Below, in pieces: positions 1 to 11,684 of a stretch of DNA of 64,000 nucleotides. The stretch lies in assembly GCF_001677475.2 (NCBI RefSeq), contig NZ_CP015229.1; one strand, 5' to 3'. Made by a program: the position numbers and the translations under genes. The notes under the pieces were generated by a model. That model had not been told where the DNA came from. It saw only the letters and a list, made by a program, of their open reading frames with translations, and did not search any database. Each line of letters starts with the position of its first letter. Within the stretch, counting starts at the first letter, position 1. This DNA is from Escherichia coli. Its GTDB lineage: Bacteria; Pseudomonadota; Gammaproteobacteria; Enterobacterales; Enterobacteriaceae.

Positions 1-537
1 GCATTAGACGGGCAACCGCAGAGCTGGCTTACCAGTTTCCGCTGGGAGAATGGCAACGGCATGTTGACGCAACTCAACCGCCAGTTCCCGACCATTAGCC
101 TGTTAGACATTGGCGCGATTTTAAAACAGGTCGGTCAGGTGCTGGAGCAGGTAAGTCGGGCGCTGGAAGTGATGGTGGTGCTGGTCACCGCCTGCGGTAT
201 GTTGCTGTTGCTGGCGCAGGTGCAGGTGGGAATGCGTCAGCGCCATCAGGAGCTGGTGGTGTGGCGCACTCTCGGTGCGGGCAAAAAACTGCTGCGCACC
301 ACGTTGTGGTGTGAGTTCGCCATGCTCGGGTTTGTTTCTGGCCTGGTGGCCGCAATTGGTGCGGAAACGGCGCTGGCAGTGTTGCAGGCGAAAGTGTTTG
401 ATTTCCCGTGGGAGCCAGACTGGCGATTGTGGATTGTTCTGCCGTGCAGCGGTGCGCTGCTGCTGTCGCTTTGCGGCGGATGGCTGGGCGCGCGACTGGT
501 TAAGGGTAAGGCGCTGTTCAGGCAGTTTGCGGGATGA
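1..537 (+). CDS. ybbP: ABC-transporter permease YbbP, C-terminal part (5' end lies upstream of the window)
   Basis: Open frame runs from nt 1 with no stop until 535-537; track ORF 61..537 is its tail; hydrophobic membrane-protein composition; position upstream of mnmH as in K-12. Confidence 0.8.
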   Translation, partial: ALDGQPQSWLTSFRWENGNGMLTQLNRQFPTISLLDIGAILKQVGQVLEQVSRALEVMVVLVTACGMLLLLAQVQVGMRQRHQELVVWRTLGAGKKLLRTTLWCEFAMLGFVSGLVAAIGAETALAVLQAKVFDFPWEPDWRLWIVLPCSGALLLSLCGGWLGARLVKGKALFRQFAG

Positions 538-553
538 TGACAGGCGTTAGATT

Positions 554-651
<98 letters not shown>

Positions 652-681
652 ATGAACAGTGTGCATTTTGGCAATAAATAT

Positions 682-708
682 GAAACCAACTGTCATGTCG
701 GTTTTTTT
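682..708. terminator. Bidirectional intrinsic terminator hairpin (A-tract / stem / T-tract)
   Basis: gaaaccaac-tgtcat-gtcggttttttt; stem flanked by an A-run upstream and T7 downstream; near-identical to the hairpin at 1161..1189. Confidence 0.6.
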
Positions 709-754
709 AAAGGCCGAAGGTGGTAAACCTTCGGCCTTAGCTACGTTTCCTCAG

Positions 755-838
755 TTATTCAATAAACTGACGGATCAGTTCCAGCAGCGCGATTAGCGCC
801 TTAAGAACGATGAGAACTTTATCGAGAAAAGTTTTCAT
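755..838 (-). CDS. Candidate type I toxin: 27-aa amphipathic peptide MKTFLDKVLIVLKALIALLELIRQFIE (DinQ/TisB-like)
   Basis: ATG at 838-836 (minus), TAA at 757-755; SD AAGGGAG 6 nt upstream; SD lies in perfect palindrome ctcccttaagggag (845..858); peptide matches my recollection of DinQ (shared ALIALLELIR core). Too short for the ORF track. Confidence 0.5.
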   Translation of the reverse strand: MKTFLDKVLIVLKALIALLELIRQFIE

Positions 839-844
839 CCGTTG

Positions 845-858
845 CTCCCTTAAGGGAG
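845..858 (-). promoter_or_regulatory. RBS-sequestering palindrome upstream of the candidate toxin ORF
   Basis: ctcccttaagggag is its own reverse complement; a 5-bp stem / 4-nt loop would occlude the GGGAG Shine-Dalgarno. Confidence 0.5.
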
Positions 859-1063
859 AAAGACAATCACAGCTTACCCTTACGTTGCCTGTAACTATGA
901 TTTTCTTCATGTGCTAGATGAGGACTGCCTCTCTCCAAATTAGAGCACCAGAATCAGCACCACCTGTATCCTGACCAGGACTTAAAAGTACTTTTCCGCA
1001 CTGCGGTAATCCCTTGAGGCAGTATCACTACTAGCGTCGGGATTGTATCGCCAGCATAGCTGT

Positions 1064-1092
1064 TTGAATATGTAGGCATCCTGACTTATAAT
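1064..1092 (+). promoter_or_regulatory. Sigma70-like promoter for the candidate antitoxin sRNA
   Basis: TTGAAT (1064-1069), 17-bp spacer, perfect TATAAT (1087-1092). Confidence 0.5.
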
Positions 1093-1098
1093 TCACTT

Positions 1099-1189
1099 GC
1101 TAGATGAGGACTGTTTCATTTCTGCCCGGAACCACCAAGTCTTGGGCGGAAAAAAAATAAAAAAACCGACTGTCATGTCGGTTTTTTTA
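1099..1189 (+). ncRNA. Candidate antitoxin sRNA (~90 nt), Agr/IstR-like, divergent from the toxin gene
   Basis: Predicted start ~7 nt after the -10; 5' end contains tgctagatgaggactg (1098..1113), identical to 912..927 and so complementary to the minus-strand toxin 5' UTR; ends at the terminator hairpin 1161..1189. Confidence 0.45.
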
Positions 1190-1251
1190 TATCTGTATTC
1201 TGGTGCAACCATTCTGTTCTCACGACAATCGCCGTTTCAGAATACCGCCCA

Positions 1252-2361
<1,110 letters not shown>

Positions 2362-2414
2362 TCAAATCAGCTTGCGCGCTATTTTACGCGCCAACGCGCA
2401 AGGAAACTTGATTT

Positions 2415-3341
2415 TTAACTGCGTGGGTTGCCGAAAATTTCTAAAAATCCGCTGATTTCCGGCCTGCGCTGGGTAAACAAGGTCACAATATCTTCTACCG
2501 CTTTGCCGCTGCCAAATTTGCGCCATGCCAGACTCAATGGCGAAGGAGGGCGCATCGTTGGGATTACCCGGCTGACCAGTTGTTGATTATCGATCATTGA
2601 CTGGCAAAGTGATTTTGGCAAAAAACCAATGCCAACGCCCGCCAGATGGGCGGCGATTTTCGTTTCCATATCGGGAACAATAATCTCTTTTTGCCCCGGC
2701 AATCGCCAGGCAACGCGTTTGGTTAGTGTGCGGGCGCTGTCTTCAATATTGACCGCCGGAAAGCGCCGCAACTGCGCTTCTGTTAGCGGCTCTTCAATGT
2801 TCGCCAGCGGATGATCCGCCGCCATGACAAAGCGCCATTGCACCGATCCTAAGGGATCAAGACTAAAGGTATTTGCCAGCGCCTCGGTTCCCGTGACGCC
2901 GATAGCCAGTGAAAAACCTTCGTACAATAGCGAGTCCCAGACGCCCATATAGATTTGTCGGGAGATGTGAAACTGGGTAAAGGGGTAACGTTCATTCAGC
3001 CACGCCAGCAGTTGGGCGACGGCCTGGGGGTTGTAGAGCAGGTTGTTGATGACAATATTCACCTGGCGTTCCACGCCATCATTCACCTGTTGCAGCTCGC
3101 TGGGCATACTTTCCAGCCAGCTCAGCCAGTCTCTGGCCTGAGAAAGTAGATGCTCGCCAGCCGCTGTCAACGTCACGCTGCGAGTCGTGCGGAAAAACAG
3201 CGCCACTCCGGTATTCTCTTCCAGAAGTTTAATGCGATAACTGATCGTCGCCGTGGTTTTACATAATCGTTCTGCCGCTTTTGAAAAACTTCCTGTTTCA
3301 GCAACCGCAATGAAAGTCCGCAAGGTTTCTGGATCGAACAT
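2415..3341 (-). CDS. allS: LysR-family activator of the allantoin regulon
   Basis: 308-aa ORF with N-terminal LysR HTH; divergent from allA. Confidence 0.92.
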   Translation of the reverse strand: MFDPETLRTFIAVAETGSFSKAAERLCKTTATISYRIKLLEENTGVALFFRTTRSVTLTAAGEHLLSQARDWLSWLESMPSELQQVNDGVERQVNIVINNLLYNPQAVAQLLAWLNERYPFTQFHISRQIYMGVWDSLLYEGFSLAIGVTGTEALANTFSLDPLGSVQWRFVMAADHPLANIEEPLTEAQLRRFPAVNIEDSARTLTKRVAWRLPGQKEIIVPDMETKIAAHLAGVGIGFLPKSLCQSMIDNQQLVSRVIPTMRPPSPLSLAWRKFGSGKAVEDIVTLFTQRRPEISGFLEIFGNPRS

Positions 3342-3448
3342 CTTCAGGTATCCCCTTTTAAATCAGCAAGTTGCGTGATTTTCTTATCCTCTGATTTATC
3401 AGTATTTTTACATGATAACCCTGTTCAATTTGTGGACTAAATCTAGTT

Positions 3449-3465
3449 TTGGAAAAATATTCCAA
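3449..3465. promoter_or_regulatory. AllR operator-like inverted repeat in the allS-allA intergenic region
   Basis: ttggaaaaatattccaa; same inverted-repeat type recurs upstream of gcl at 4999..5015. Confidence 0.6.
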
Positions 3466-3570
3466 CTTTTGTGTTGATGTTGTTCTCTTAAGGTTTTAGA
3501 TTGCCTGTTATTGAAACCAAGCTGACCGGTCGGCGCTGGTTGAACGGAATTATGTTGCAAGGATAAAAAG

Positions 3571-4053
3571 ATGAAACTTCAGGTATTACCGTTAAGTCAG
3601 GAAGCCTTTAGTGCTTATGGCGATGTAATCGAAACGCAGCAACGGGATTTTTTCCATATTAACAATGGCCTGGTAGAGCGTTACCACGATTTGGCGCTGG
3701 TTGAGATTCTTGAGCAAGACCGTACGCTTATCAGCATTAACCGCGCGCAACCGGCGAATCTGCCGCTGACCATTCACGAACTCGAACGTCATCCGCTGGG
3801 CACTCAGGCCTTTATCCCGATGAAAGGTGAAGTGTTTGTGGTGGTCGTGGCGTTAGGTGACGACAAACCAGACCTGTCAACGCTGCGGGCGTTTATCACC
3901 AACGGTGAACAGGGGGTGAATTACCATCGTAACGTCTGGCATCACCCACTTTTCGCCTGGCAGCGCGTCACCGATTTTCTGACCATCGATCGCGGCGGCA
4001 GTGACAACTGTGATGTTGAAAGTATTCCTGAACAGGAACTCTGTTTTGCGTGA
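3571..4053 (+). CDS. allA: Ureidoglycolate lyase
   Basis: 160-aa ORF; conserved position between allS and allR. Confidence 0.92.
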
Positions 4054-4130
4054 CGCCTGCAACCGACTTGCATAAGATAAACTAATTGTTCATTGTTTAT
4101 GCTCACTTGTAGGTCGGAGTTAACGTAGGT

Positions 4131-4946
4131 ATGACGGAAGTTAGACGGCGCGGCAGGCCAGGACAGGCGGAGCCTGTGGCACAGAAGGGCGCACAGGCGT
4201 TAGAGCGGGGAATTGCGATTCTGCAATATCTGGAAAAAAGTGGGGGAAGTTCGTCGGTTAGCGATATTTCTCTCAATCTGGATTTGCCGCTCTCCACGAC
4301 CTTTCGCTTGCTGAAGGTTTTACAGGCAGCGGATTTTGTCTATCAGGACAGTCAGTTAGGTTGGTGGCATATAGGATTAGGTGTTTTTAACGTCGGTGCG
4401 GCGTACATCCATAACCGCGATGTCCTCTCCGTCGCCGGGCCGTTTATGCGCCGCCTGATGTTACTTTCCGGCGAAACGGTCAATGTCGCGATTCGTAACG
4501 GCAATGAAGCAGTATTAATTGGTCAGTTAGAGTGTAAATCGATGGTCAGGATGTGTGCGCCGCTGGGCAGTCGTCTGCCGCTGCATGCTTCCGGTGCGGG
4601 CAAGGCGCTGCTTTATCCGCTGGCGGAAGAGGAGTTGATGAGCATCATTCTGCAAACCGGTTTGCAGCAGTTTACGCCAACGACGCTTGTGGATATGCCC
4701 ACCTTGCTGAAGGACCTGGAACAAGCGCGTGAACTGGGCTATACCGTAGATAAAGAAGAGCATGTTGTAGGCCTGAATTGCATAGCTTCAGCAATTTACG
4801 ATGATGTAGGTAGTGTTGTTGCCGCTATCTCCATCTCCGGGCCTTCATCAAGACTGACAGAAGATCGTTTTGTCAGTCAGGGTGAGCTGGTCAGAGACAC
4901 CGCCCGCGATATCAGCACGGCGTTGGGACTGAAAGCACATCCATAG
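4131..4946 (+). CDS. allR: IclR-family repressor of the allantoin regulon
   Basis: 271-aa ORF with IclR-type HTH N-terminus and effector domain. Confidence 0.92.
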
Positions 4947-4998
4947 TGTCTGTCGCATCCTGCTCTGCGGAGCGGGTTTTTTTGACAAAATTTGAAAG

Positions 4999-5015
4999 TT
5001 GGAAAATTTTTCCAA
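4999..5015. promoter_or_regulatory. AllR operator-like inverted repeat upstream of gcl
   Basis: ttggaaaatttttccaa, 20 bp upstream of the gcl ATG. Confidence 0.6.
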
Positions 5016-5035
5016 TTAATAGAGGTAGGAATAAA

Positions 5036-6817
5036 ATGGCAAAAATGAGAGCCGTTGACGCGGCAATGTATGTGCTGGAGAAAGAAGGTATCACCACCGC
5101 CTTCGGCGTTCCGGGAGCTGCAATCAATCCGTTCTACTCAGCGATGCGTAAGCACGGCGGTATTCGTCACATTCTGGCGCGTCATGTGGAAGGTGCTTCG
5201 CACATGGCGGAAGGTTATACCCGCGCAACGGCAGGGAATATCGGCGTATGTCTGGGAACCTCGGGACCAGCAGGCACTGACATGATCACCGCGCTCTATT
5301 CCGCTTCTGCTGATTCCATTCCTATTCTGTGCATTACCGGCCAGGCTCCGCGCGCCCGTCTGCATAAAGAAGATTTCCAGGCCGTTGATATTGAAGCAAT
5401 TGCTAAACCGGTCAGCAAAATGGCGGTTACAGTACGTGAAGCGGCGCTGGTGCCTCGTGTGCTGCAACAGGCATTTCACCTGATGCGTTCTGGTCGTCCG
5501 GGTCCGGTACTGGTGGATTTACCGTTCGACGTACAGGTTGCGGAAATCGAGTTTGATCCTGACATGTACGAACCGCTGCCGGTCTACAAACCTGCTGCCA
5601 GCCGTATGCAGATCGAAAAAGCTGTAGAAATGTTAATCCAGGCCGAACGTCCGGTGATTGTTGCCGGGGGCGGGGTAATCAATGCTGACGCAGCTGCACT
5701 GTTACAACAGTTTGCTGAACTGACCAGCGTTCCGGTGATCCCAACGCTGATGGGCTGGGGCTGTATCCCGGACGATCATGAACTGATGGCCGGGATGGTG
5801 GGTCTGCAAACCGCGCATCGTTACGGTAACGCAACGTTGCTGGCGTCCGACATGGTGTTTGGTATCGGTAACCGTTTTGCGAACCGTCATACCGGTTCGG
5901 TAGAGAAATACACCGAAGGGCGCAAAATCGTTCATATCGATATTGAGCCGACGCAAATTGGCCGCGTGCTGTGTCCGGATCTCGGCATTGTTTCTGATGC
6001 TAAAGCGGCGCTGACGCTGCTGGTTGAAGTGGCGCAGGAGATGCAAAAAGCGGGTCGTCTGCCGTGTCGTAAAGAATGGGTCGCCGACTGCCAGCAGCGC
6101 AAACGCACTTTGCTGCGCAAAACCCACTTCGACAATGTGCCGGTGAAACCGCAGCGCGTGTATGAAGAGATGAACAAAGCCTTTGGTCGCGATGTTTGTT
6201 ATGTCACCACCATTGGTCTGTCACAAATCGCTGCGGCACAAATGCTGCATGTCTTTAAAGACCGCCACTGGATCAACTGTGGGCAGGCAGGCCCGCTGGG
6301 CTGGACCATTCCGGCGGCGCTGGGCGTGTGTGCCGCTGATCCAGAGCGCAATGTGGTGGCGATTTCCGGTGACTTCGACTTCCAGTTCCTGATTGAAGAA
6401 TTAGCTGTTGGCGCACAGTTCAACATTCCGTACATCCATGTACTGGTCAATAACGCCTATCTGGGTCTGATTCGCCAGTCGCAGCGCGCGTTTGATATGG
6501 ATTACTGCGTACAGCTCGCGTTCGAAAATATTAACTCCAGCGAAGTGAACGGTTACGGCGTCGACCACGTAAAAGTAGCGGAAGGTTTAGGTTGTAAAGC
6601 GATTCGCGTTTTCAAACCGGAAGATATAGCACCAGCCTTTGAACAGGCGAAAGCCTTAATGGCGCAATATCGGGTACCGGTAGTCGTGGAAGTTATTCTC
6701 GAGCGTGTGACCAATATTTCGATGGGCAGCGAACTGGATAATGTAATGGAATTTGAAGATATCGCCGATAACGCAGTGGATGCACCGACTGAAACCTGCT
6801 TCATGCACTATGAATAG
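5036..6817 (+). CDS. gcl: Glyoxylate carboligase (tartronate-semialdehyde synthase)
   Basis: ThDP-enzyme sequence; start placed at the internal ATG ([18 protein letters not shown]...) giving 593 aa, with an RBS-like aggtagg upstream; track ORF 4946..6817 extends further upstream in frame. Confidence 0.93.
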   Translation: MAKMRAVDAAMYVLEKEGITTAFGVPGAAINPFYSAMRKHGGIRHILARHVEGASHMAEGYTRATAGNIGVCLGTSGPAGTDMITALYSASADSIPILCITGQAPRARLHKEDFQAVDIEAIAKPVSKMAVTVREAALVPRVLQQAFHLMRSGRPGPVLVDLPFDVQVAEIEFDPDMYEPLPVYKPAASRMQIEKAVEMLIQAERPVIVAGGGVINADAAALLQQFAELTSVPVIPTLMGWGCIPDDHELMAGMVGLQTAHRYGNATLLASDMVFGIGNRFANRHTGSVEKYTEGRKIVHIDIEPTQIGRVLCPDLGIVSDAKAALTLLVEVAQEMQKAGRLPCRKEWVADCQQRKRTLLRKTHFDNVPVKPQRVYEEMNKAFGRDVCYVTTIGLSQIAAAQMLHVFKDRHWINCGQAGPLGWTIPAALGVCAADPERNVVAISGDFDFQFLIEELAVGAQFNIPYIHVLVNNAYLGLIRQSQRAFDMDYCVQLAFENINSSEVNGYGVDHVKVAEGLGCKAIRVFKPEDIAPAFEQAKALMAQYRVPVVVEVILERVTNISMGSELDNVMEFEDIADNAVDAPTETCFMHYE

Positions 6818-6829
6818 GGGAGATAAATA

Positions 6830-7606
6830 ATGTTACGTTTCTCTGCTAATTTATCAATGTTATTTGGTGAATATGATTTTCTCGCCCGTTTTGAGAAAGC
6901 TGCGCAGTGTGGTTTTCGCGGCGTTGAATTTATGTTTCCTTATGACTACGACATTGAAGAATTAAAACAGGTGCTGGCGAGTAATAAACTCGAGCATACG
7001 CTGCATAATTTACCTGCGGGTGACTGGGCGGCGGGCGAGCGGGGTATTGCCTGTATTCCTGGCCGTGAAGAAGAGTTTCGTGATGGCGTAGCAGCGGCGA
7101 TTCGTTATGCTCGTGCGCTGGGTAATAAAAAAATCAACTGTCTGGTCGGTAAAACGCCGGCGGGTTTCAGCAGTGAACTGATTCACGCAACGCTTGTGGA
7201 AAACCTGCGTTATGCCGCGAATATGTTGATGAAAGAAGATATTTTATTACTGATTGAACCTATCAACCATTTCGATATTCCTGGTTTCCATCTCACCGGA
7301 ACTCAGCAGGCGCTGAAACTGATTGATGATGTAGGCTGCTGCAATTTGAAAATTCAGTATGACATTTATCATATGCAGCGGATGGAAGGTGAATTAACCA
7401 ACACCATGATCCAATGGGTCGATAAAATTGGTCACCTGCAAATCGCCGATAATCCACATCGCGGCGAACCGGGAACCGGAGAAATTAATTACGATTATCT
7501 CTTTAAGGTAATTGAACATTCTGACTACAACGGTTGGGTTGGCTGTGAATATAAACCCAGAACCACCACGGAAGCCGGTTTAGGCTGGATGAAACCGTAC
7601 CGTTAA
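6830..7606 (+). CDS. hyi: Hydroxypyruvate isomerase
   Basis: 258-aa ORF, TIM-barrel sugar-isomerase-like; operon position after gcl. Confidence 0.92.
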   Translation: MLRFSANLSMLFGEYDFLARFEKAAQCGFRGVEFMFPYDYDIEELKQVLASNKLEHTLHNLPAGDWAAGERGIACIPGREEEFRDGVAAAIRYARALGNKKINCLVGKTPAGFSSELIHATLVENLRYAANMLMKEDILLLIEPINHFDIPGFHLTGTQQALKLIDDVGCCNLKIQYDIYHMQRMEGELTNTMIQWVDKIGHLQIADNPHRGEPGTGEINYDYLFKVIEHSDYNGWVGCEYKPRTTTEAGLGWMKPYR

Positions 7607-7705
7607 AACGTAACGCTGTTCAGACAATGCTTTTTTAGGCCGCTACGTCGGCAGGGGATCGTGTTGTCTGAATTCAGGAAAAGCGACATTTAAAAGAGGC
7701 TAAAT

Positions 7706-8584
7706 ATGAAACTGGGATTTATTGGCTTAGGCATTATGGGTACTCCGATGGCCATTAATCTGGCGCGCGCCGGTCATCAACTGCATGTCACAACTATTGG
7801 TTCGGTTGCTGATGAATTACTGTCACTCGGTGCCGTCAGTGTTGAAACTGCGCGCCAGGTAACAGAAGCGTCAGACATCATTTTTATTATGGTGCCGGAT
7901 ACGCCACAGGTTGAAGAAGTTCTGTTTGGTGAAAATGGTTGTACCAAAGCCTCGCTGAAGGGCAAAACCATTGTTGATATGAGCTCCATTTCCCCGATTG
8001 AAACTAAACGTTTCGCTCGTCAGGTGAATGAACTAGGTGGCGATTATCTCGATGCGCCAGTCTCCGGCGGTGAAATCGGCGCGCGTGAAGGGACGTTGTC
8101 GATTATGGTTGGCGGTGACGAAGCGGTATTTGAACGTGTTAAACCGCTGTTTGAATTGCTCGGTAAAAATATCACCCTCGTGGGCGGTAACGGCGACGGT
8201 CAAACCTGCAAAGTGGCAAATCAGATTATCGTGGCGCTCAATATTGAAGCGGTTTCTGAAGCATTGTTGTTTGCTTCAAAAGCCGGTGCGGACCCGGTAC
8301 GTGTGCGCCAGGCGCTGATGGGCGGCTTTGCTTCCTCACGTATTCTGGAAGTTCACGGTGAGCGCATGATTAAACGCACCTTTAATCCAGGTTTCAAAAT
8401 TGCGCTGCACCAGAAAGATCTCAACCTGGCACTGCAAAGTGCGAAAGCACTGGCGCTGAACCTGCCAAACACTGCGACCTGCCAGGAGTTATTTAATACC
8501 TGTGCGGCAAACGGTGGCAGCCAGTTGGATCACTCTGCGTTAGTGCAGGCGCTGGAATTAATGGCTAACCATAAACTGGCCTGA
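7706..8584 (+). CDS. glxR: Tartronate semialdehyde reductase
   Basis: 292-aa ORF; N-terminal Rossmann motif GFIGLGIMG; 3-hydroxyisobutyrate-dehydrogenase family. Confidence 0.93.
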   Translation: MKLGFIGLGIMGTPMAINLARAGHQLHVTTIGSVADELLSLGAVSVETARQVTEASDIIFIMVPDTPQVEEVLFGENGCTKASLKGKTIVDMSSISPIETKRFARQVNELGGDYLDAPVSGGEIGAREGTLSIMVGGDEAVFERVKPLFELLGKNITLVGGNGDGQTCKVANQIIVALNIEAVSEALLFASKAGADPVRVRQALMGGFASSRILEVHGERMIKRTFNPGFKIALHQKDLNLALQSAKALALNLPNTATCQELFNTCAANGGSQLDHSALVQALELMANHKLA

Positions 8585-8752
8585 TACCCGCAATAAAAAT
8601 GGCCGATATCAGAAAATGAATCGGCCAGCAATATTAAAAAAGAAAGCAGCCAAAGATGTTGCTTCAGTATTAAAAATAATATTTTTATTTTATTTGTTCC
8701 TCATAGCTAGATTAAAACAGCGTTATTCGATACGTGAAATTAAGAGGGATTT

Positions 8753-10207
8753 ATGGAACATCAGAGAAAACTATTCCAGCAACGCGGCTATAGCGAAGAT
8801 CTACTGCCGAAAACGCAAAGTCAGCGGACCTGGAAAACATTTAACTATTTTACCTTATGGATGGGTTCGGTTCATAACGTTCCCAATTATGTGATGGTTG
8901 GCGGCTTTTTTATCCTCGGCTTGTCTACCTTTAGTATTATGCTGGCAATTATCCTCAGTGCCTTTTTCATTGCCGCGGTAATGGTATTAAACGGTGCTGC
9001 GGGCAGTAAATACGGCGTACCGTTTGCCATGATCCTGCGTGCTTCTTACGGCGTACGTGGCGCACTGTTTCCCGGATTATTAAGAGGCGGTATTGCTGCC
9101 ATTATGTGGTTTGGCCTGCAATGTTACGCGGGGTCACTGGCCTGCTTGATTCTGATTGGCAAAATCTGGCCGGGATTTTTGACTCTCGGTGGTGATTTCA
9201 CTCTGTTAGGCCTTTCTCTACCGGGCTTAATTACTTTCTTACTCTTCTGGCTGGTCAACGTTGGTATTGGTTTTGGCGGTGGCAAAGTTTTAAATAAATT
9301 CACTGCCATTCTTAACCCGTGCATCTATATCGTTTTCGGCGGTATGGCGATTTGGGCGATTTCGCTGGTCGGGCTCGGTCCAATCTTTGACTACATTCCG
9401 AGCGGTATTCAGAAAGCAGAAAACAGTGGCTTCCTGTTCCTGGTGGTGATTAACGCGGTAGTTGCGGTCTGGGCGGCACCGGCGGTGAGCGCATCCGACT
9501 TTACGCAAAACGCCCACTCGTTTCGTGAGCAAGCGCTGGGGCAAACGCTGGGTTTAGTTGTGGCCTATATTCTGTTTGCGGTCGCCGGGGTATGTATTAT
9601 TGCCGGAGCCAGTATTCACTACGGCGCTGACACCTGGAACGTGCTGGATATTGTTCAGCGTTGGGACAGCCTGTTTGCCTCGTTCTTTGCGGTACTGGTT
9701 ATTCTGATGACGACTATCTCCACTAACGCCACCGGTAATATTATTCCGGCCGGTTATCAGATTGCCGCTATTGCACCGACGAAACTGACCTATAAAAACG
9801 GCGTACTGATTGCCAGTATTATCAGCCTGCTGATCTGCCCGTGGAAATTAATGGAAAATCAGGACAGTATTTATCTGTTCCTCGATATTATCGGCGGAAT
9901 GCTGGGTCCGGTAATTGGTGTAATGATGGCTCATTATTTTGTGGTGATGCGTGGGCAAATTAACCTTGATGAACTATACACCGCACCTGGCGATTATAAA
10001 TATTACGATAACGGTTTTAACCTCACCGCGTTTTCAGTAACTCTGGTGGCCGTTATTTTATCTCTTGGCGGTAAGTTTATTCACTTTATGGAACCGTTAT
10101 CGCGTGTTTCATGGTTTGTCGGCGTCATCGTCGCCTTTGCGGCCTACGCCTTATTAAAGAAACGTACAACAGCAGAAAAAACAGGAGAGCAAAAAACCAT
10201 AGGTTAA
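8753..10207 (+). CDS. ybbW: Allantoin permease (NCS1 family)
   Basis: 484-aa polytopic membrane protein; position between glxR and allB. Confidence 0.9.
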   Translation: MEHQRKLFQQRGYSEDLLPKTQSQRTWKTFNYFTLWMGSVHNVPNYVMVGGFFILGLSTFSIMLAIILSAFFIAAVMVLNGAAGSKYGVPFAMILRASYGVRGALFPGLLRGGIAAIMWFGLQCYAGSLACLILIGKIWPGFLTLGGDFTLLGLSLPGLITFLLFWLVNVGIGFGGGKVLNKFTAILNPCIYIVFGGMAIWAISLVGLGPIFDYIPSGIQKAENSGFLFLVVINAVVAVWAAPAVSASDFTQNAHSFREQALGQTLGLVVAYILFAVAGVCIIAGASIHYGADTWNVLDIVQRWDSLFASFFAVLVILMTTISTNATGNIIPAGYQIAAIAPTKLTYKNGVLIASIISLLICPWKLMENQDSIYLFLDIIGGMLGPVIGVMMAHYFVVMRGQINLDELYTAPGDYKYYDNGFNLTAFSVTLVAVILSLGGKFIHFMEPLSRVSWFVGVIVAFAAYALLKKRTTAEKTGEQKTIG

Positions 10208-10266
10208 TTAATCCCGATATTGAACATTGAGTTAAAAACCAATCTGTATTTTACAAGGAGTTTGTT

Positions 10267-11628
10267 ATGTCTTTTGATTTAATCATTAAAAACGGCACCG
10301 TTATTTTAGAAAACGAAGCTCGCGTTGTAGATATCGCCGTTAAAGGCGGAAAAATTGCTGCTATCGGTCAGGATCTGGGTGATGCAAAAGAAGTTATGGA
10401 TGCGTCTGGTCTGGTGGTTTCGCCGGGCATGGTTGATGCGCACACCCATATTTCTGAACCGGGTCGTAGCCACTGGGAAGGTTATGAAACCGGTACTCGC
10501 GCAGCAGCAAAAGGTGGTATCACCACCATGATCGAAATGCCGCTCAACCAACTGCCTGCAACGGTTGACCGCGCTTCAATTGAACTGAAGTTCGATGCCG
10601 CTAAAGGCAAGCTGACTATCGATGCGGCACAACTCGGTGGCCTGGTGTCTTACAACATTGATCGTCTGCATGAGTTGGATGAAGTGGGCGTTGTCGGCTT
10701 CAAATGCTTCGTTGCGACCTGTGGCGATCGCGGTATCGACAACGACTTCCGTGATGTAAATGACTGGCAGTTCTTCAAAGGCGCGCAGAAGCTGGGCGAA
10801 CTGGGGCAGCCGGTGCTGGTGCACTGCGAAAACGCACTGATCTGTGACGCACTGGGCGAAGAAGCGAAACGTGAAGGTCGCGTAACTGCCCATGACTATG
10901 TGGCTTCGCGTCCGGTATTTACCGAAGTGGAAGCGATTCGCCGCGTACTGTACCTGGCGAAAGTTGCCGGTTGCCGTCTGCACATTTGCCATATCAGCAG
11001 CCCGGAAGGTGTTGAAGAAGTGACTCGTGCACGTCAGGAAGGTCAGGACGTTACCTGTGAATCCTGCCCGCATTACTTTGTACTGGATACCGATCAGTTC
11101 GAAGAAATCGGTACTCTGGCGAAGTGTTCACCGCCGATCCGCGATCTGGAAAACCAGAAAGGCATGTGGGAAAAACTGTTTAACGGTGAAATCGACTGCC
11201 TGGTTTCCGACCACTCACCATGCCCTCCGGAAATGAAAGCCGGCAACATCATGGAAGCATGGGGCGGTATTGCCGGTCTGCAAAACTGTATGGACGTGAT
11301 GTTCGATGAAGCGGTACAGAAACGCGGAATGTCTCTGCCAATGTTCGGCAAATTAATGGCGACTAACGCAGCAGATATTTTCGGTCTGCAGCAAAAAGGC
11401 CGTATCGCCCCAGGAAAAGATGCCGACTTCGTCTTCATTCAGCCGAATAGCAGCTATGTTCTTACCAATGACGATCTGGAATATCGCCACAAAGTCAGCC
11501 CGTATGTTGGCCGTACCATTGGCGCGCGTATCACGAAAACCATCTTACGTGGTGATGTGATTTACGACATTGAACAGGGCTTCCCTGTTGCGCCGAAAGG
11601 TCAATTTATCCTTAAACATCAGCAGTAA
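10267..11628 (+). CDS. allB: Allantoinase
   Basis: 453-aa ORF; amidohydrolase metal-binding motifs (DAHTH, HxH). Confidence 0.93.
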   Translation: MSFDLIIKNGTVILENEARVVDIAVKGGKIAAIGQDLGDAKEVMDASGLVVSPGMVDAHTHISEPGRSHWEGYETGTRAAAKGGITTMIEMPLNQLPATVDRASIELKFDAAKGKLTIDAAQLGGLVSYNIDRLHELDEVGVVGFKCFVATCGDRGIDNDFRDVNDWQFFKGAQKLGELGQPVLVHCENALICDALGEEAKREGRVTAHDYVASRPVFTEVEAIRRVLYLAKVAGCRLHICHISSPEGVEEVTRARQEGQDVTCESCPHYFVLDTDQFEEIGTLAKCSPPIRDLENQKGMWEKLFNGEIDCLVSDHSPCPPEMKAGNIMEAWGGIAGLQNCMDVMFDEAVQKRGMSLPMFGKLMATNAADIFGLQQKGRIAPGKDADFVFIQPNSSYVLTNDDLEYRHKVSPYVGRTIGARITKTILRGDVIYDIEQGFPVAPKGQFILKHQQ

Positions 11629-11684
11629 TCTGGCCCCTGCAATGCCCGTCCTTGCGGCGGGCATTCTCCGGTTAAGGTGTGTTT

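Noticed and set aside
961-985. Possible LexA box (ctgtatcctgaccagg) upstream of the candidate toxin, by analogy with dinQ
   Set aside because: Spacing is CTG-N9-CAG rather than the CTGT-N8-ACAG consensus and the flanks do not match; no evidence that the module is SOS-regulated.
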